A DNA stretch of 64,000 nucleotides from Lytechinus pictus. Lineage: Eukaryota. The stretch spans positions 25,546,001-25,610,000 of the forward strand of contig NC_087252.1 in NCBI RefSeq assembly GCF_037042905.1, in the 5' to 3' direction. Both the position numbers and the translations under genes were made by a program. This document shows positions 1 through 13,116 of the stretch, piece after piece; positions within the stretch are counted from its first letter, which is position 1, and each line of letters opens with the position of its first letter. The notes below the pieces were generated by a model, which worked only from the letters and a program-made list of their open reading frames with translations, ran no database searches and was not told the DNA's origin.

Positions 1-480
1 AAAAGGGGGAAAGGAAATAAAAAGAAAAGGGGAGAAGTAAAGGGGGAGAGAGAAAAAAGTGGAAGAGGGAAAAGAAAGAAAAGAAAAGAACGGAGTAAGG
101 AAAAGGGGGAAAAGAAGAAGAAAAAAAGAGGAAGGAAGAGAATAATATTTAAAGAGAGAGGAAGATGGGAAAAGAGAAGAAAAAAAGAGAGAGTAAGGGG
201 GGAGGAAGAGAAGAAAAACGAGAAAAGAGAGAGGAAGAGGGAAAGAAAAGACAGAAAAGGAGAAGAAAAGATGGGGGAAAAGGAGAAGAAAAGGGGGAAA
301 GGAAGACAAGAAATGAAAGAAAAGGGGAAAATAAAGAGAAGAAAAAGAGAGAGAGAGAGGAGGAAAAGAAGAGAAGAAGAAAAGGGGAGAGGAAGAGGGG
401 GAAAGAAAGAGAGAAAGAGAGAGAAAGGAATGAAGGGGAATGAGTATAAGAGAAAGAAAAAAAGAAAGAAAAGGAGATGG
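1..480. repeat. Purine-rich (G/A) low-complexity tract
   Basis: Almost only A and G on the + strand; the K/R/E-rich and F/S/L-rich ORFs here are by-products of the composition. Confidence 0.9.
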
Positions 481-509
481 GAAACGGAAGAGGGATGTGA
501 CCTGGACGT

Positions 510-780
510 CGATTTGATGGCGCCAAAATGACGTTCGAACTATGGGGCGCCGAACTGATGTTTGAACTGGGAGGGGGGCGCCAAATTGATGTTCGAACTA
601 GGGGAGCGCTAATTTGAATTTTGACCATAATGCGACAAATACATGTTTCAGAGAGGGGGAGGGAGGGCAAAGTTATATTTCACATGGAGGCGCCAAGTTT
701 ATGTTTAACCGAGGGCGCCAAATTGACCTTGAACTTAGGGGGCTTCATGTAAATTCATTTTCGACCGGGGGCGCAACATT
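510..780 (+). repeat. Degenerate ~32-bp minisatellite (GGCGCCAAATTGATGTTCGAACT-like)
   Basis: Variants of ggcgccaaaatgacgttcgaact, ggcgccgaactgatgtttgaact and ggcgccaaattgatgttcgaact recur. Confidence 0.6.
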
Positions 781-2370
781 GCTCGTATTGCCTGTTTATA
801 GTGAAATATATGTCCTGCCCAAAAAACTTAAATTAATGCGGCTGAATTAAAATATCCCGTTTTTACGATAACAGACAAAAAAAATGTTTTCGAGTTTTAA
901 GTCTGTTTAGCGAGATAGATACCATGTTGAGGGTCACAAAAAAGGGTTCTTATCAAATTCAGCTCGCGCTACGCGCTCGCAATATTTGATGAATGAGGTA
1001 TGCATCCTCTGCCTCAATCCCACATGTAAGTGTTAGTGTTTTTCAAGTCAACATACATAGGCCGATCCAGGGGGCAAAGATTTTGCCCCCCCCCCCCATG
1101 GTGGCGCAAAAAAGGGGTAAGAAACAGAAGGAAAAAAAGAGAAAAAGGACAAGCAATTAAAATAGGAATTATACCTTAGTCCTTCTTATGTCAGTATATA
1201 AAAAAATTGAGCTCGCGCTTTGCGCTGGCATAAATAGATTGTTTAGTTATATACGCATCCCGACCTTACAGTTTTTTTATGCGAACGAGAAGCACAAGCT
1301 GAAAATATTTGATATTCTAACCTGACAACTGAAAATGTATTTTTCATTTCATCATTATAAAAGTTTTCAGCTAGCGCTTCGCGGTCGCATTCTTTCATCA
1401 TAACAACTACTAACATAGGCGGATCAAGGCGGCCCGAGGGCAACCCCCCCCCCCCTATTGACAGAGCAAATAAAATGGGAAAAAAGGGGAAATAAAAAGG
1501 GGGAAAGAAAGGAGAAAAAAGAAGACGAAACATAAAAGGAGGAAGACGAGTAAATGAAATAAGGTAAGGAGAAGACTTGGAAAACAATTTTTAAAAATAT
1601 TTAATGTCACTATATTAAAGTTTCGCTCGCGCATCGCGCTCGCATTGCCTGTTCGATAAGATACATATCTTGCTCAATATGCTGATATGTAGTTTAAAAA
1701 ATCAAGTTTTGATATCAATATACAAAACATAATTCAGCTCGTACATCGATCTTTCATTTTTTTTGTTTTATTTACCAATTTATGTTTTTAAGTGCCCTGG
1801 AAATGTCCGTTTTATAGGTTTTTGTATTTCATATAAGATTCTCTAAATATACCTTTTCAGGTATCTCGATTGTAAAAAAAAATGATAAAGGCCTATGAGC
1901 TAGCGCTGTGCGCTCGCATTTTGATTGGTGAGTTATGTATACCTATTTATTCTATAACAATTAAACTACTTAAATCCCCCCATTAAAAAATTCCGGATCG
2001 CGATTTGCGCTCGCATTATTTGCTAAAAAATATATCAACCAATGAATCCTATTCATGATTACAAAAATACATAAAATATCAGGTTTTCAGGCCTCATGCA
2101 CTGTCAACAAATTTCACACACTCATTAGGCTTAACAGATTAATAAATATGAAATGAAATTTGTATGAATTCATAAAAACTAAATTGTCCCTTTTTCAGAA
2201 ATAAATATTGACAAGTTTTAGGAAAAGAAATAGAAGATAGTCATCATTCTTATATGATGACAAAATGTCCTGAGGCCTAAAATGTCTCGATCCTATGTCA
2301 AAATAATAATAAAATATCAGCTCGCGCTTCGCGCTCGCATTATTTATATAGTGCTATCAAATTTCCCTAT

Positions 2371-4492
2371 TTAAAAAAAGAAAAGGTTTCGATACCATTT
2401 ATCATGATTTCCTATTCTTTTTGTTAAAAGAACTCAATTTTAAAGATTCGTTTTTAAGATGGATAGAAACGTTATATAATGGTGCATGTGGACGTGTTTT
2501 TAATTTTGGTTGGATATCAGATAAATTTGCAATAGAGAGAGGCGTAAGGCAAGGTTGCCCACTTTCGGCATATTTATTTATTATTGTTGCAGAGGTTTTA
2601 GCTCAGAAAATTAGACAAAATAATCAAATACAAGAGATCCAAAATCCACATAGATTGAACGATAGAGATATACGTATCGTACAATATGCAGACGATACAA
2701 CAATTTTTACTGATTCTATACAATGCATCAAAAAGATAATGAAAGAAGTCGAGACATTTGGAAAATATGCTGGGCCAAAAATCAATTGGACTAAATAAAA
2801 CCTTATGAAAATGAATATAAACAACAATGAAACTAACAATCTTCTTTTTACTGAAGATCCTATAAAATGTCTTGGTGTTTTTGTTGGAAAAAAAATATTC
2901 TGTTGTTCAATCTCTCAATTGGGAAAATGAAGTTCAAAAAATAAAAAATACACTTGACTCATGGAAAATGAGAAAATTATCATTACATGGAAAAGTGGTG
3001 GTAATAAAATTTTTAGTAATGTCACAGATAGTACATACTGCTACGGCAGTACCAATCCCTTCTAAAATAATCAAAGATATTAATAAACTAGTTTACAATT
3101 TTTTGTGGAATTCCAAAAAAGAAATGGTGAAACGTAATGTTTGTCATAATCCTGAAAAAGAAGGGGGATTAGGAATGGGTGACCTAAAGACAAAATGTCG
3201 ATCACTACATTTATCATGGATCAATAAATATTTTACAGGTGAAGACAGTGCTTGGAAAACCCTGTTTGAATATTGGACTCAGAAAATCGGCGGGGATTTG
3301 CCTCTTTGTTTGACTTTTAATTGCAAAAAGAGTGATATGTATCGTATTTGTGTGAAAAAACATTTGCCCATATTTTATGTTGACATGTTCTGTTCATAGG
3401 CTGATTTAAAGTATATTGATATGTTTAAAGTAACGAATATTGAAAACGAAATTATTTGGTACAATAGTAACATAAAGTATAAAAAAGATGTATTATATTT
3501 TCGTAACTGGATAAAGAACAATATTTTGAAAGTTAAACAAATCGTAACAGGTGGTGAATGGAAGAAGATTGATTCAATATGCACTATTTTTAAAGAAAGA
3601 GAATTACTTTCTATCTTTGAATTGTTGAAAATAAAAAATGCGTTCCCGAAGTTCTGGCTTGACAAATTACGTAATAGTGCACGAAATGTAAGTAGCATAT
3701 CATCGAGATCCAGCACTATTGAAATATCAACAGGTGACTGTATAGAAATCAATGGCATGAAAGCCAGACATTTTTATCATTTGATGATTGAAAGGGAGAA
3801 AAGAGACCTCCCTTGTATTTATTTTTGGAACGATTTCTTGGGCTTGCCTCTTGAATTTAATTGGAAACGATTATTAGAGTTTAAACTGGATTTTATAAAC
3901 GACAACAGGATTAAACAATTTAATTTTAAATTAATTCATAGAATACTACCAAGTAAAGACAACCTTTGCAAATGGAAAATTGAAAATGATATTTTATGTA
4001 ATATTTGTAAAGTTCCAGAAACCAGTATTCATATTATTTTTACCTGTCAAGTGGTAACAGTTTTTTGGAAAATTGTTTCTAAATTAATAAATGCTTTGTT
4101 CGATGTAAAGATTGTTTTGAACGAAAAAATTATCGTGATAGGTCATGAAATAGAAAAAACAGAAATGAATGTGGTTAACCTTATTATAAATTTTTCACAA
4201 TTTGTAATCTATAGGAATTATATTAGAAAATGTTTTGGAAACGACAAGCATATGACTCATGTTTTTTTATTTTATGAAAGATCTAAAGGTAGAAATTCGA
4301 AGTTATTTAAAAAGAAAATGTAATCAGAAGAGACTTGATTTAAAACAGGTCTCAAATGTTCTTTTAATCCTTTAGTTCCTGTTTCATTATTTCATCTATG
4401 TATATTTTTGTATGTGACGTTTGTAAAAACGATTGTAAATATCATATGAACAAATAAAGTCCCTCTTATGAGGATTAAAGAGAAGAAAAAAA
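2371..4492 (+). mobile_element. 5'-truncated L1/Tx1-clade LINE (ORF2: RT plus C-terminal Cys/His motif), disabled
   Basis: RT motifs GVRQGCPLS and QYADDTT; CNICKVPETSIHIIFTC motif; stops at 2796-2798 and 3397-3399 and a frameshift near 2880. AATAAA at 4453-4458 followed by an A-rich tail. Exact 15-bp TSD ATCAAATTTCCCTAT at 2356-2370 and 4493-4507. Confidence 0.92.
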
Positions 4493-5827
4493 ATCAAATT
4501 TCCCTATATACACAGTGCTGTAAATAGTGCTTAAATTGACCCTTTTCACATCGGAATTTCAAATATTATTTTCAGTTCGGGCTCTGCGCTCGCATTATTG
4601 ATTTTTGTGATGAAAAATGAAATGTTTTCAGATTGCCAGGATTCTGTCTAACTCTAAAACACGCGCACGCATGTTTTTTGAGATACAAAGCTTGATCTTA
4701 TTCAAAACGTGCTAAAATTATCCAGTTTCGGATCAGAATATCAAAAATTTTCTGCTCGCGCTTTGCGCTTGCATTATTATTGTAGGAAGATACCAAAAAT
4801 TACCCATGCTTTTTCATGATTGACAAACATGAATCGAATGTCCCATTGGGGGATTTAAAATCTCATCTTTTTAGGTTGGTATATCAAAAATGTTCAGCTC
4901 GCATTTCGCGCTCGCATTATTTAATCGTTGAAATATGTATCGTCTTAATGGCTAACTGCAAAACATCCTTAACAGGTCCCTTTTCGACCAGGCCAGAACG
5001 AATATTTAACATTTATGCTCGCGCTTCGCGCTCGTGGTAATTATCTAGTTACATGTATACGCGTCCTGTTCAGGTTCACAAACATTGCCCAAAATGTTCA
5101 ATTTTCAGGACAAAATACATGAAATTTCATTTTTAGATTACATAGGGCTTAAGAGATTATATAAAGTAAAGCTAGGAAATGACTGTTAGGACATGGGCGT
5201 TTTGCCCACCCCCCCCAAAAAAAAAGAGAGAATCAAGACTTAGCAAATATAGAGAGAAAAGGAAAGGGATTAGGATGAAATATAATATTATTTTCCAAAT
5301 ATTATGTCAAAATCTATCACAACCTTGTATTTTTGTAATAAAACTGTCATCATATTTGCTTGCTCGCTTCGCTCACTGGCAACTGCTTATTAATTTTATG
5401 CGATACACCATATCGAGCCCCCTCGAAATTGTTGGCTCATTACGGCACTGGGACAACCCCTTCAAAGAAACAACAACAAAAATCAACTTTGAGCGGCCGA
5501 TCGGGGAAAATATGGGTGAAAAAATGACCCCTCCCCCTATTGGCGGAAGCTGGGTCCGCCCCTGACTTAGGCTTTCAGGATATAATACATGAAAAATCTA
5601 TTAAAAAAATAAGATCGCGCTTCGCGTTCTCATTATTTATTTAGGCCTTGTGAGATACCTCAATGTGTTTTTAAGAATGAAATCTCAGATTTTCTTTAAC
5701 GTCTACCCCCCTCGCACTTCATTTATTTTTTTTAACTTGGTGCCGACGCCACCCCCCCCCCCCGTGCACCCATGCTGAATAAATACGCCGCTGATGAGGA
5801 GAATTTGTCGATTGCTTCGAGATTGCA

Positions 5828-5856
5828 TTATTCCCAAGAGGTTATTGAAGGGTATT
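5828..5856 (-). CDS. Possible terminal coding exon of the Ig-TM gene ((E)YPSITSWE*)
   Basis: Minus-strand acceptor gtttctgtactgttgttttag; the phase-1 frame gives EYPSITSWE-stop in a short unique island between repeats. Unconfirmed. Confidence 0.25.
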
Positions 5857-6200
5857 CTAAAACAACAGTACAGAAACTACAGCTCCCGTTCACACAATAT
5901 TCTAGTAGGGCCTACTCTGGTTACAAGTTAAACCAAATTGAACCCCCCCCCCCAAAAAAAAAAAAAAAATCGCTCGTGCTTCGCGCTCCCATTTATATTA
6001 CATTATATATTCATATATTTTTTTTTCAAGAACAGATGAAAAAGTGGTCTTTATTTTTTTTTTATGTGATTATAAGATAATTCAAAATCCATTTAAGGCA
6101 CTTAAGTTAGCCTGACCGGGTGGGAGTGGGCGCCATTTTTCGAAAAGTACACATGGGCGCAAAAACAAGGTCGAATTACCTTGGATAATTACCCCTAGTA

Positions 6201-6822
6201 CGGAGCCTTGAAAATGCCATCAACGTGACGACATGGCGTGGTACTTTATCTTGCCATGTCTTAATTAATCATTGGCGGCGGAAGAAAAACATTTATAGGA
6301 GGGACCCCCAAAATTTTTTGACAAGAAAAAAAAGGTAATCAACCAAAATTAGGGGGGGGGGTTGGCAAAAATATTTTAGTGGGGGTCCACCTCAATTGAG
6401 GGGGGGGGGGGGGACGTAGAAAACAAATTGACAACCAAAAAAAGGGTTCTCAACTAAAAATCTAGGGGGGACCGTCCCCCACCTCAAATTTATGGGGGAA
6501 AGGTCCCCCCCCCCCGCTTCCACCTCCTAAGTAATTAATACGCTTATTATTTCGACATAGCTATATATTCTATCTTGTCAAGTCGATATGTCCACATGGC
6601 GAGATATGAAGTGTACAAGTCCCGATATATCGCCATGTTGACATGTAACTTATTTAAGTCGACTTGGCAAGATAAAATATCTCGCCATATAACTTTTTAT
6701 AAGTGGACTGACTTGGCAGGATAACGTATCGCGCCATGTGGACATAATAAGCTTATTTAGTCGACAAGGCAAGGTAAAGTATCTCGCCATGTCGTCAAGT
6801 CGATGGCATTTTAGAGGCTCCG
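6201..6822. mobile_element. TA-flanked MITE (Tc1/mariner-like) with ~60-bp TIRs
   Basis: The 5' end ta|cggagccttgaaaatgccatcaacgtgacgacatggcg matches the reverse complement of the 3' end cgccatgtcgtcaagtcgatggcattttagaggctccg|ta. Confidence 0.8.
6270..6531. mobile_element. hAT-like MITE nested in the 6201-6822 element
   Basis: 8-bp TSD TAATTAAT (6262-6269, 6532-6539); imperfect TIRs cattggcggcggaag / cttccacctcctaag. Confidence 0.7.
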
Positions 6823-7032
6823 TATGGCGTCTAGAGGGTAAATTTCCGGAGGGGGGGGGGGTAACAATCCCTGACGATAAAAATATGGGGACAATATTTT
6901 CCTTGAAGTAGATGTCAGGGGGCGATTGTCCGTTGGGTCATCGTTATAGAACCCCATGGACTCGTATCATTAGCCTTTTGACCTCTTGATGACATTGGAT
7001 CTCACTATATCCTGATCATAATTTTACACACA

Positions 7033-7120
7033 CCGCGGACTATCGGACCCGCGGTCTATCGGACCCGCGGACTATCGGACCCGCGGTCTATCGGACCCGC
7101 GGTCTATCGGGCTGTAACCC
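7033..7120. repeat. 16-bp minisatellite (CCGCGG[A/T]CTATCGGAC) x5, probably one arm of a foldback-type element
   Basis: Five consecutive units ending in gggctgtaaccc. Confidence 0.75.
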
Positions 7121-7375
7121 AAGCCCGCTCTGTTCGATGGCTTGCTAAAGCAACATGAAAAGTTGTAACGCCTAGCCAATGGATATCGGGAGCCTGCCGA
7201 CATGCTGGGGATGAGACCCGCATGTCGGTAGCACCTGCAAATTAGCGGGGGAACCCCTAGCAGCTGCAGGCGAACGGGCCGGCGATTTCATAGAAAAGGC
7301 TGGCAGCTCTCCGATGAGGGAGATGGCGTGAGTCTGCTTGATTTATAGACCGGCTCTGCTTGGGGGCGTGTTGAC

Positions 7376-7937
7376 CCCGGAGGGGCCACTTCCATTGACA
7401 AGTGGATACCATGCGCGACCACGGGGTCTTGAAAAGCACCCTAAACACGTATTTTCCAAAGCGTGTGAAACCCTACCCTTAACAAATATTGGAAACAAAT
7501 ACTATTGGCAAGTATTCCCAGAATTGAGCCCCTAAACAAGTACAGCGATATTTTATTGTTATGTCACGGGTCCGTCGGTCGTCGGTTTTACCTTTACCAA
7601 AGCTCCTTGCCTTTACATACCATTATTTTGGTTTAACTACGGCCCCATTCACCTTCCAAACCTCGCGCAAATCAGACTCTAAACACGTAGTGTTGGGGCA
7701 AAAAGGACATCCTTTATAAAACATTTTGATTTTGTTTTATCATCCCCGCATATTTGACCCTAAACACGTATTTTTCCGAGCGAAATAGATACTCTTTTTT
7801 CAATATTTTTGTGTTTTTGACACCCTTATCACGTTACGTACGTAACGTGCCCTATCTTGAAAAAGACATCCTTTTTACGTGTTTTTTTGGTCGCGCATGG
7901 TATCCACTCGTCAATGTAAGTGCCCCCCCCCCCCGGG
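7376..7937. mobile_element. MITE with CCCGG termini, ~50-bp TIRs and 7-bp TSD
   Basis: cccgg...cacttccattgacaagtggataccatgcgcgacc vs ggtcgcgcatggtatccactcgtcaatgtaagtg...ccggg; TGTTGAC duplicated at 7369-7375 and 7938-7944. Confidence 0.8.
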
Positions 7938-9314
7938 TGTTGACACAATCTTATTAAGATGCGACGCCCAGCCATCAAATATCAGGAGCCTGTCGACATG
8001 CTGGGTCTGAGACCCGTATGTCGGTAGCATCTGCATACTAACGGGGTCCCCCGTGCAGGTGAGCAGGCCGGCGATTCAATGAAAGAACCTGAACATTTTT
8101 CAGAAACGAGGAGGAAAAAGCCCCTGCGAAAAAGCTTGGGGAAAAAAAACATACCCTTAACACGTTTGGCTAGTCTTAGAAAAAAAGTTTTAGAAAAAAA
8201 ATACCCTAAATACATTTGACCTCGCGATTGACCAAATTTGAAAAATATTAATGCTTAGTCAAGGTTGAAAATGATATCCGGGAAAATAAAGTGAAAGCTA
8301 CAATGAACCAAACGCTGAAACGTTCTTGAAAATATCTTAACTAGCTCATTTTGTAAAGTTAATTCATAGTTTATGAAACAGTATTATGCATGCCCCATGA
8401 CTGGTCAATACACAGGCTAATGAATTTTTGTATCATCAGGTAAGGGTATCTGTTGTATTCTTGTTTTATCATTAGAAATCACATAAAATAGGCAAGAACA
8501 ATGCAATTAATAACTGACATATCAAAATTATGAATGAGACATAAAACAAGAATACAGCATATACATATGTTTTGGTAGGTTATGATACTGCTTCTCACAT
8601 ACTTATTTTTCAAATAAGTATTTCAGGTCAAATTCACGACAATCTTATCATTAAAGATTTCTTATAGGTATGCAATTGCAAGCAACAAAAAGTCTATCAA
8701 AATTCTGTTTCAAATTATGAAGTCTATATTTCGTTGTTAATAGATGATCTGAAATCTTATCTTTCAAACACTTTTCGAACATTTTTGTCAGGGGGTCGAA
8801 AAAAGGCTTGCGCCAATTGGCAGAATATATTGATCATCACACTTCTTGTTAATCATCAAACTTCCTTAATCTTGTGATTATCTTTGCTATAGATTTCGAA
8901 TTATGCTGTCAAAATCCATTTACAAATCTAACTGTTATTGACGAATTCATAGTAATGTGTTTATTAATCAAATTTTATTTCAATCTCTGCTATATCAAAA
9001 AATCTGCTATACTTTTTTCAAATTCACTATAAAACAATTACCAGGTAATCTTGTTTCATTATTACCGCTATCCACATTTTGATACTTACATTTACTACTT
9101 TTCAAAATCAATATCTGTTTCCCCCCTGAAATATGAAGCTAATACAACTATTTATGAAGGAATTTATAATAATTTTATTTATCATTCAATTCTAATTTCA
9201 ATTCAATTGACTTCAATCTCTCTTATTTCACAATTATCAATTGCAATTAGTAATGCATCAAAAACATTATATATTTTTGTAATTATTATTTAATTTACTT
9301 TGTCATTTGTTCTA

Positions 9315-9794
9315 CAGTGCGTCCCAAAAAAAACGATACACTTTTGAAATGGCTGCCAAATAAAAAATATATCACTTAAGGGGAAAACACTTACATATAT
9401 GGAAGCCACTAAAGTCAACTTTTAAATGACACCAAAAAGTTGGAAAACTTTTCATGCTTGAGCGAGCACTGCCCACTGAAACAAAGGGTATGAAAATTAA
9501 GGTGGGCAGGAATTAGCCTTCCAATTTCTTTCAGTTTTTGAGATGTGAGTCCCTTGGAACTTGAGAAGTCGAGGGTGTTTTGATAAATCAATGATCAAGC
9601 ATTATCAATGTAGGTTTGTAGAGCAAATTTCAAGAATTGAAATTGAAATTTAATGCATGAATGAACATGAAATACAATATTTCACTTTTTCAAGTGGATC
9701 TCATCAATGTGTTCATGGAAGTCAGAATAGGGATAGGACTTAGGTGAGGGAAGTAGGTTGACGGGATATGGGTCAACAGAACACTTAACCCCTG

Positions 9795-9830
<36 letters not shown>

Positions 9831-11069
9831 ACCCCTTTCACCCCTCCTGAGAGACTAGCCTTTGCTAGGGTGAGCAGGAATTAGCCTTTCAGTTTTTTTA
9901 GAGGTGAGTCCTTTAGAACTTGCAAAGTTAAGGGTGTCATGCCAAATTACTGATGAATTGAGATCAGTTTTGGTTTCTTAAGCAAATTTCATGAGTTACT
10001 AAATTGAAATGCAATGCATGAGTAAACAGGAATAGTAATTTTAGTGTAGCATTTTTAGTTTATTATGTGGATCTTAGCAAGTGTGCTTGTGAGAGTCAGA
10101 GTAATGTGATGGTAACAGTACATGCAAGGGGTGAGATAGGGTAAGACTGGGTTAAAGGGGTATTCTTCTTTGTGTTCTCTTACAAATTACAAATCATGTA
10201 CTCATCCCCGCCCTCCACCCCCTTTCTTTCTCCTGGATGGTATTTAAAACTTAAATGCCAAGTGACTTATGGTTGATGGGTCTTTCTTCATTGAGAACTT
10301 GACTAATTATGTGATTTATGAAATGATTTATTGAAAAAGCTGAATGTTTGATAATTTATTGAAAAAGGTGAATTTGATTGATCACATTGATTGAGGTGAT
10401 TTACTAACAGATTGTTGATCGAATGATTGATAGGTAAAAGTTGATGACCTAATTTTCAGAATTTATTGTCAAATTGACAGTCCGCTCTGCACTTAATGCG
10501 TACATGTAATAGCAATCAGCCTCAATCTCAACATGAGGGGGAGGGACGGACATGTAGGAGGGAGGCTAAACGGTCTGTTGACCCTTTTCCCTATCAGCTT
10601 ACTTCACCCACTGAAGTCATTTCTTACCCCTATTCTCCTGACTCAAATGAACACACTACTGAGACCCACATTGTAAAGTTAAAATACTGCACTAAAGATT
10701 GCAATTCAAGCTCACTCATGCATGGAATTTTAATTTGATAATTCATGAAATTTGCTCTAACAATTTAAATTGATAATGAATGACCATTAATTCATCACAA
10801 CACCCTCAAGTTTGCAAGTTCCATGGGACTCGCCTCTCAAAAACTGAAAGAAACCGAAAGGCGAATTCCTGCCCACCCTAATTTCCATACCCTTTGTTTA
10901 AGTGGGTAATGCTCACCCAAGCATGAATAGTTTTCCAACATTTTTGGTGTCATTTGAAAGATTAAATTATTGGCTTTCCATATAGATAAGTCTTCCCCCC
11001 AAAAAAAAAATGATATTCTTTTTATTTGGCAGCCATTTCAAAAGTGTATAGTTTTTTGGGGACGCACTG
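9315..11069. mobile_element. Non-autonomous Tc1/mariner-like element with long TIRs
   Basis: ta|cagtgcgtcccaaaaaaa ... ttttttggggacgcactg|ta; the inverted similarity extends several hundred bp; no transposase ORF. Confidence 0.85.
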
Positions 11070-11137
11070 TATAAGTATTAAATAGGCCTGTTAGTGCATT
11101 CATCACATGTGCTCATGTTTATTTCTAGCAAACTTGC

Positions 11138-11227
11138 CTTGTGTGCGGCCATCATTGTGGGTATGCCGGCGTGTCCATTTCCACCAAATGAAAACCACTG
11201 CAGCCCCAAGGAGAACTATTGGAATAA
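11138..11227 (-). CDS. Ig-superfamily receptor exon 4: transmembrane helix plus basic stop-transfer
   Basis: Acceptor tttcttttttgcag; the phase-1 join with exon 3 gives (ASMI)VIPIVLLGAAVVFIWWKWTRRHTHNDGRTQ. Candidate donor AG|GCAAGT; otherwise the frame runs to TGA at 11103-11105. Confidence 0.8.
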
Positions 11228-11594
11228 CTGCAAAAAAGAAACATGAGCTTTAATTGTGAAAGAGGGTCTGGGTGTTACAAGTTGCTTACTCGTGTGTGTC
11301 ATGTTATTCACATTTATATAACTAAAATGTACACAATTATATCCGTTTTATGGTTTGTTATCTGATTATTCATAGAAAAATCATATCCTCATTCGAAAGA
11401 GGCTATTTTCTCTCTCCTTTTTTTTTTTTTTTTTTTTTTTTTTTGGGGGGGGGGGGGAGTGGTGGTATAGGGTTGCATAATTGTTTTCTTATTATTATCA
11501 TTATTATTCTAATTCTTTAGATGTATCCCCTGCCGCTTTCTGCCGGGGACACATTTGGAGAGATTAAGATTTTGTATTCATGATGTCAGTTATA

Positions 11595-12424
11595 CAGTGC
11601 GTCCCAGAAAAAACGAAACCGAGATTAAGCGGCTATTTATCATAACTTAATCACAGACACAATAGACAAATGACCTACCAATTTAAAGCTTAGAATCTCC
11701 TCTTTCATCTGATATTATTTAGAATATTCCTCATTTTCGCATGAGTGAGAAAAAACAATTTGAAGAAAGGATACCAACAACTCATTTGGCGGGGGTATCT
11801 GAATTTCAAAAAGAAAATCACATGCCTAAAAAGTTTAACATCTGCTCTTTTATTTGATACCTTAATCACATAAAAGGGTCAAGAAGTAAAAAAGTTATGT
11901 TCACTCGAAACATTGCTTGCATTTCCATAATTTCATTAAATAAACGTGTTTTCACCGGTTTCCCACAGAAGCTGTCGCATGGTTAACAAAAGACTTTAAT
12001 GCATGGCTGATCGTCAACAAAACGGAGTGTCGAGTGACTCAGAACGCTAGCCTGTAAAACATCTTCATTTTATGAAATTATTGAAATACAAGCCTTATTT
12101 CAATAACCAGAACTTTGTTATTTCTTCACAATTTTCTGTAATTGAGGTATCAAATTAAAGAGCAGATATTGAACTTTTTAAAAATGTGGGTTTCATTTTG
12201 AAACCCAGATACAGCCCGCCATATTTTTTTTTGTATTTTTTTTGGTATCCCCTCTTCAAATTGATTTGCTCACTCATGCGTGAATGAGAAATAATCTAAG
12301 TAATTTCAGATAAAAGAGAAGATCCTAAGCTTTATAACGGTAGGTCATTTGTCTATTGTTTTTGTGATTAAGTTATGATAAATCATCGATAAATCTCGGT
12401 TTCGTTTTTTTGTGGGACGCACTG
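11595..12424. mobile_element. Tc1/mariner-like MITE with long TIRs (intron 3)
   Basis: ta|cagtgcgtcccagaaaaaacgaaaccgagatt ... aatctcggtttcgttttttgtgggacgcactg|ta. Confidence 0.85.
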
Positions 12425-12577
12425 TATATTGTAAGCTACACTCCACACATTCTCCAAGTAATTTCCTTTGTTTGTGCAGAGCGTATACTAAATTGTGGGT
12501 TGGGGTATTTTAGGTCAACAGTCTTTTGTACCATTCCTACAGTAAAAAAAATCGATGGAAAGCAAATTAAATATTAC

Positions 12578-12991
12578 CAATCATCGATGCTCTAGCACCC
12601 GGACTTCTTTCTTTCATGGTCTCACCAGTTACTGGTATTGTTTCTGAGGGAATTAATATAGATGATTCCACCATTATCGATGCGGCTTTCCGTTCTCTCG
12701 ATCCGGGTACATCTGACGCAACACATGTATATAAAGTTTCACTTGGGCCAGCTTCGATGGAAATCGACTTGTTTTTCGTTGAATCAACATTAGTTTGCTC
12801 CTCCTGATGTATGGTAGTCATCTGCTTAGTTCCATGGAGGAAGAAAAGTTCTATCTCGGGGTAGTAATTAGTCACCGAGCAGGTTAAGGTAACAGTTTTG
12901 TTGGTTAGGACACTGCAAGGCTCTGGATTGCTGGTCGACGACACATTATTGGTACACCCATCGATAACTGGATAGGGTTCTTTCGGGGGAG
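12578..12991 (-). CDS. Ig-superfamily receptor exon 3: second (C-type) Ig domain plus Ser/Thr/Pro stalk
   Basis: Acceptor ctctaag, donor G|gtaata, 414 nt, phase 1-1; encodes PPKEPYPVIDGC...VTLTCSVTNYYPEI...LYTCVASD. Confidence 0.85.
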
Positions 12992-13116
12992 CTTAGAGAT
13001 AAAGATAAATGAGAAGAGCTATTAAAAATTGACATCACGATTGTGGCATTAAATGCTATTCATGTTATGTTTTTTAGTATTTCTTGTAATTATGTTAGAG
13101 TTTTATTATTTCAATA

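Larger units (their letters stand above)
950..6190 (+). mobile_element. Cluster of degenerate, nested non-autonomous DNA elements (hAT-like ends) carrying repeated GCTCGCGCTTCGCGCTCGCA motifs
   Basis: Left-end-like cataggccgatcc (~1056) and cataggcggatc (~1414), right-end-like gggtccgcccctg (~5552-5564), and about 14 motif copies. The same motif lies inside the TSD-bounded element at 34269-35483. Boundaries are not resolved. Confidence 0.45.

Noticed and set aside
149..670. 173-aa, 92-aa and 86-aa ORFs
   Set aside because: Artefacts of the purine-rich low-complexity tract.
2421..4323. Three separate host genes or an active retrotransposon
   Set aside because: They are consecutive pieces of one 5'-truncated LINE ORF2 broken by stops and a frameshift.
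6945..7011. Alternative cytoplasmic exon of the Ig gene (GYSEIQCHQEVKRL…*)
   Set aside because: The acceptor lacks a polypyrimidine tract; a YxxI match alone is weak.
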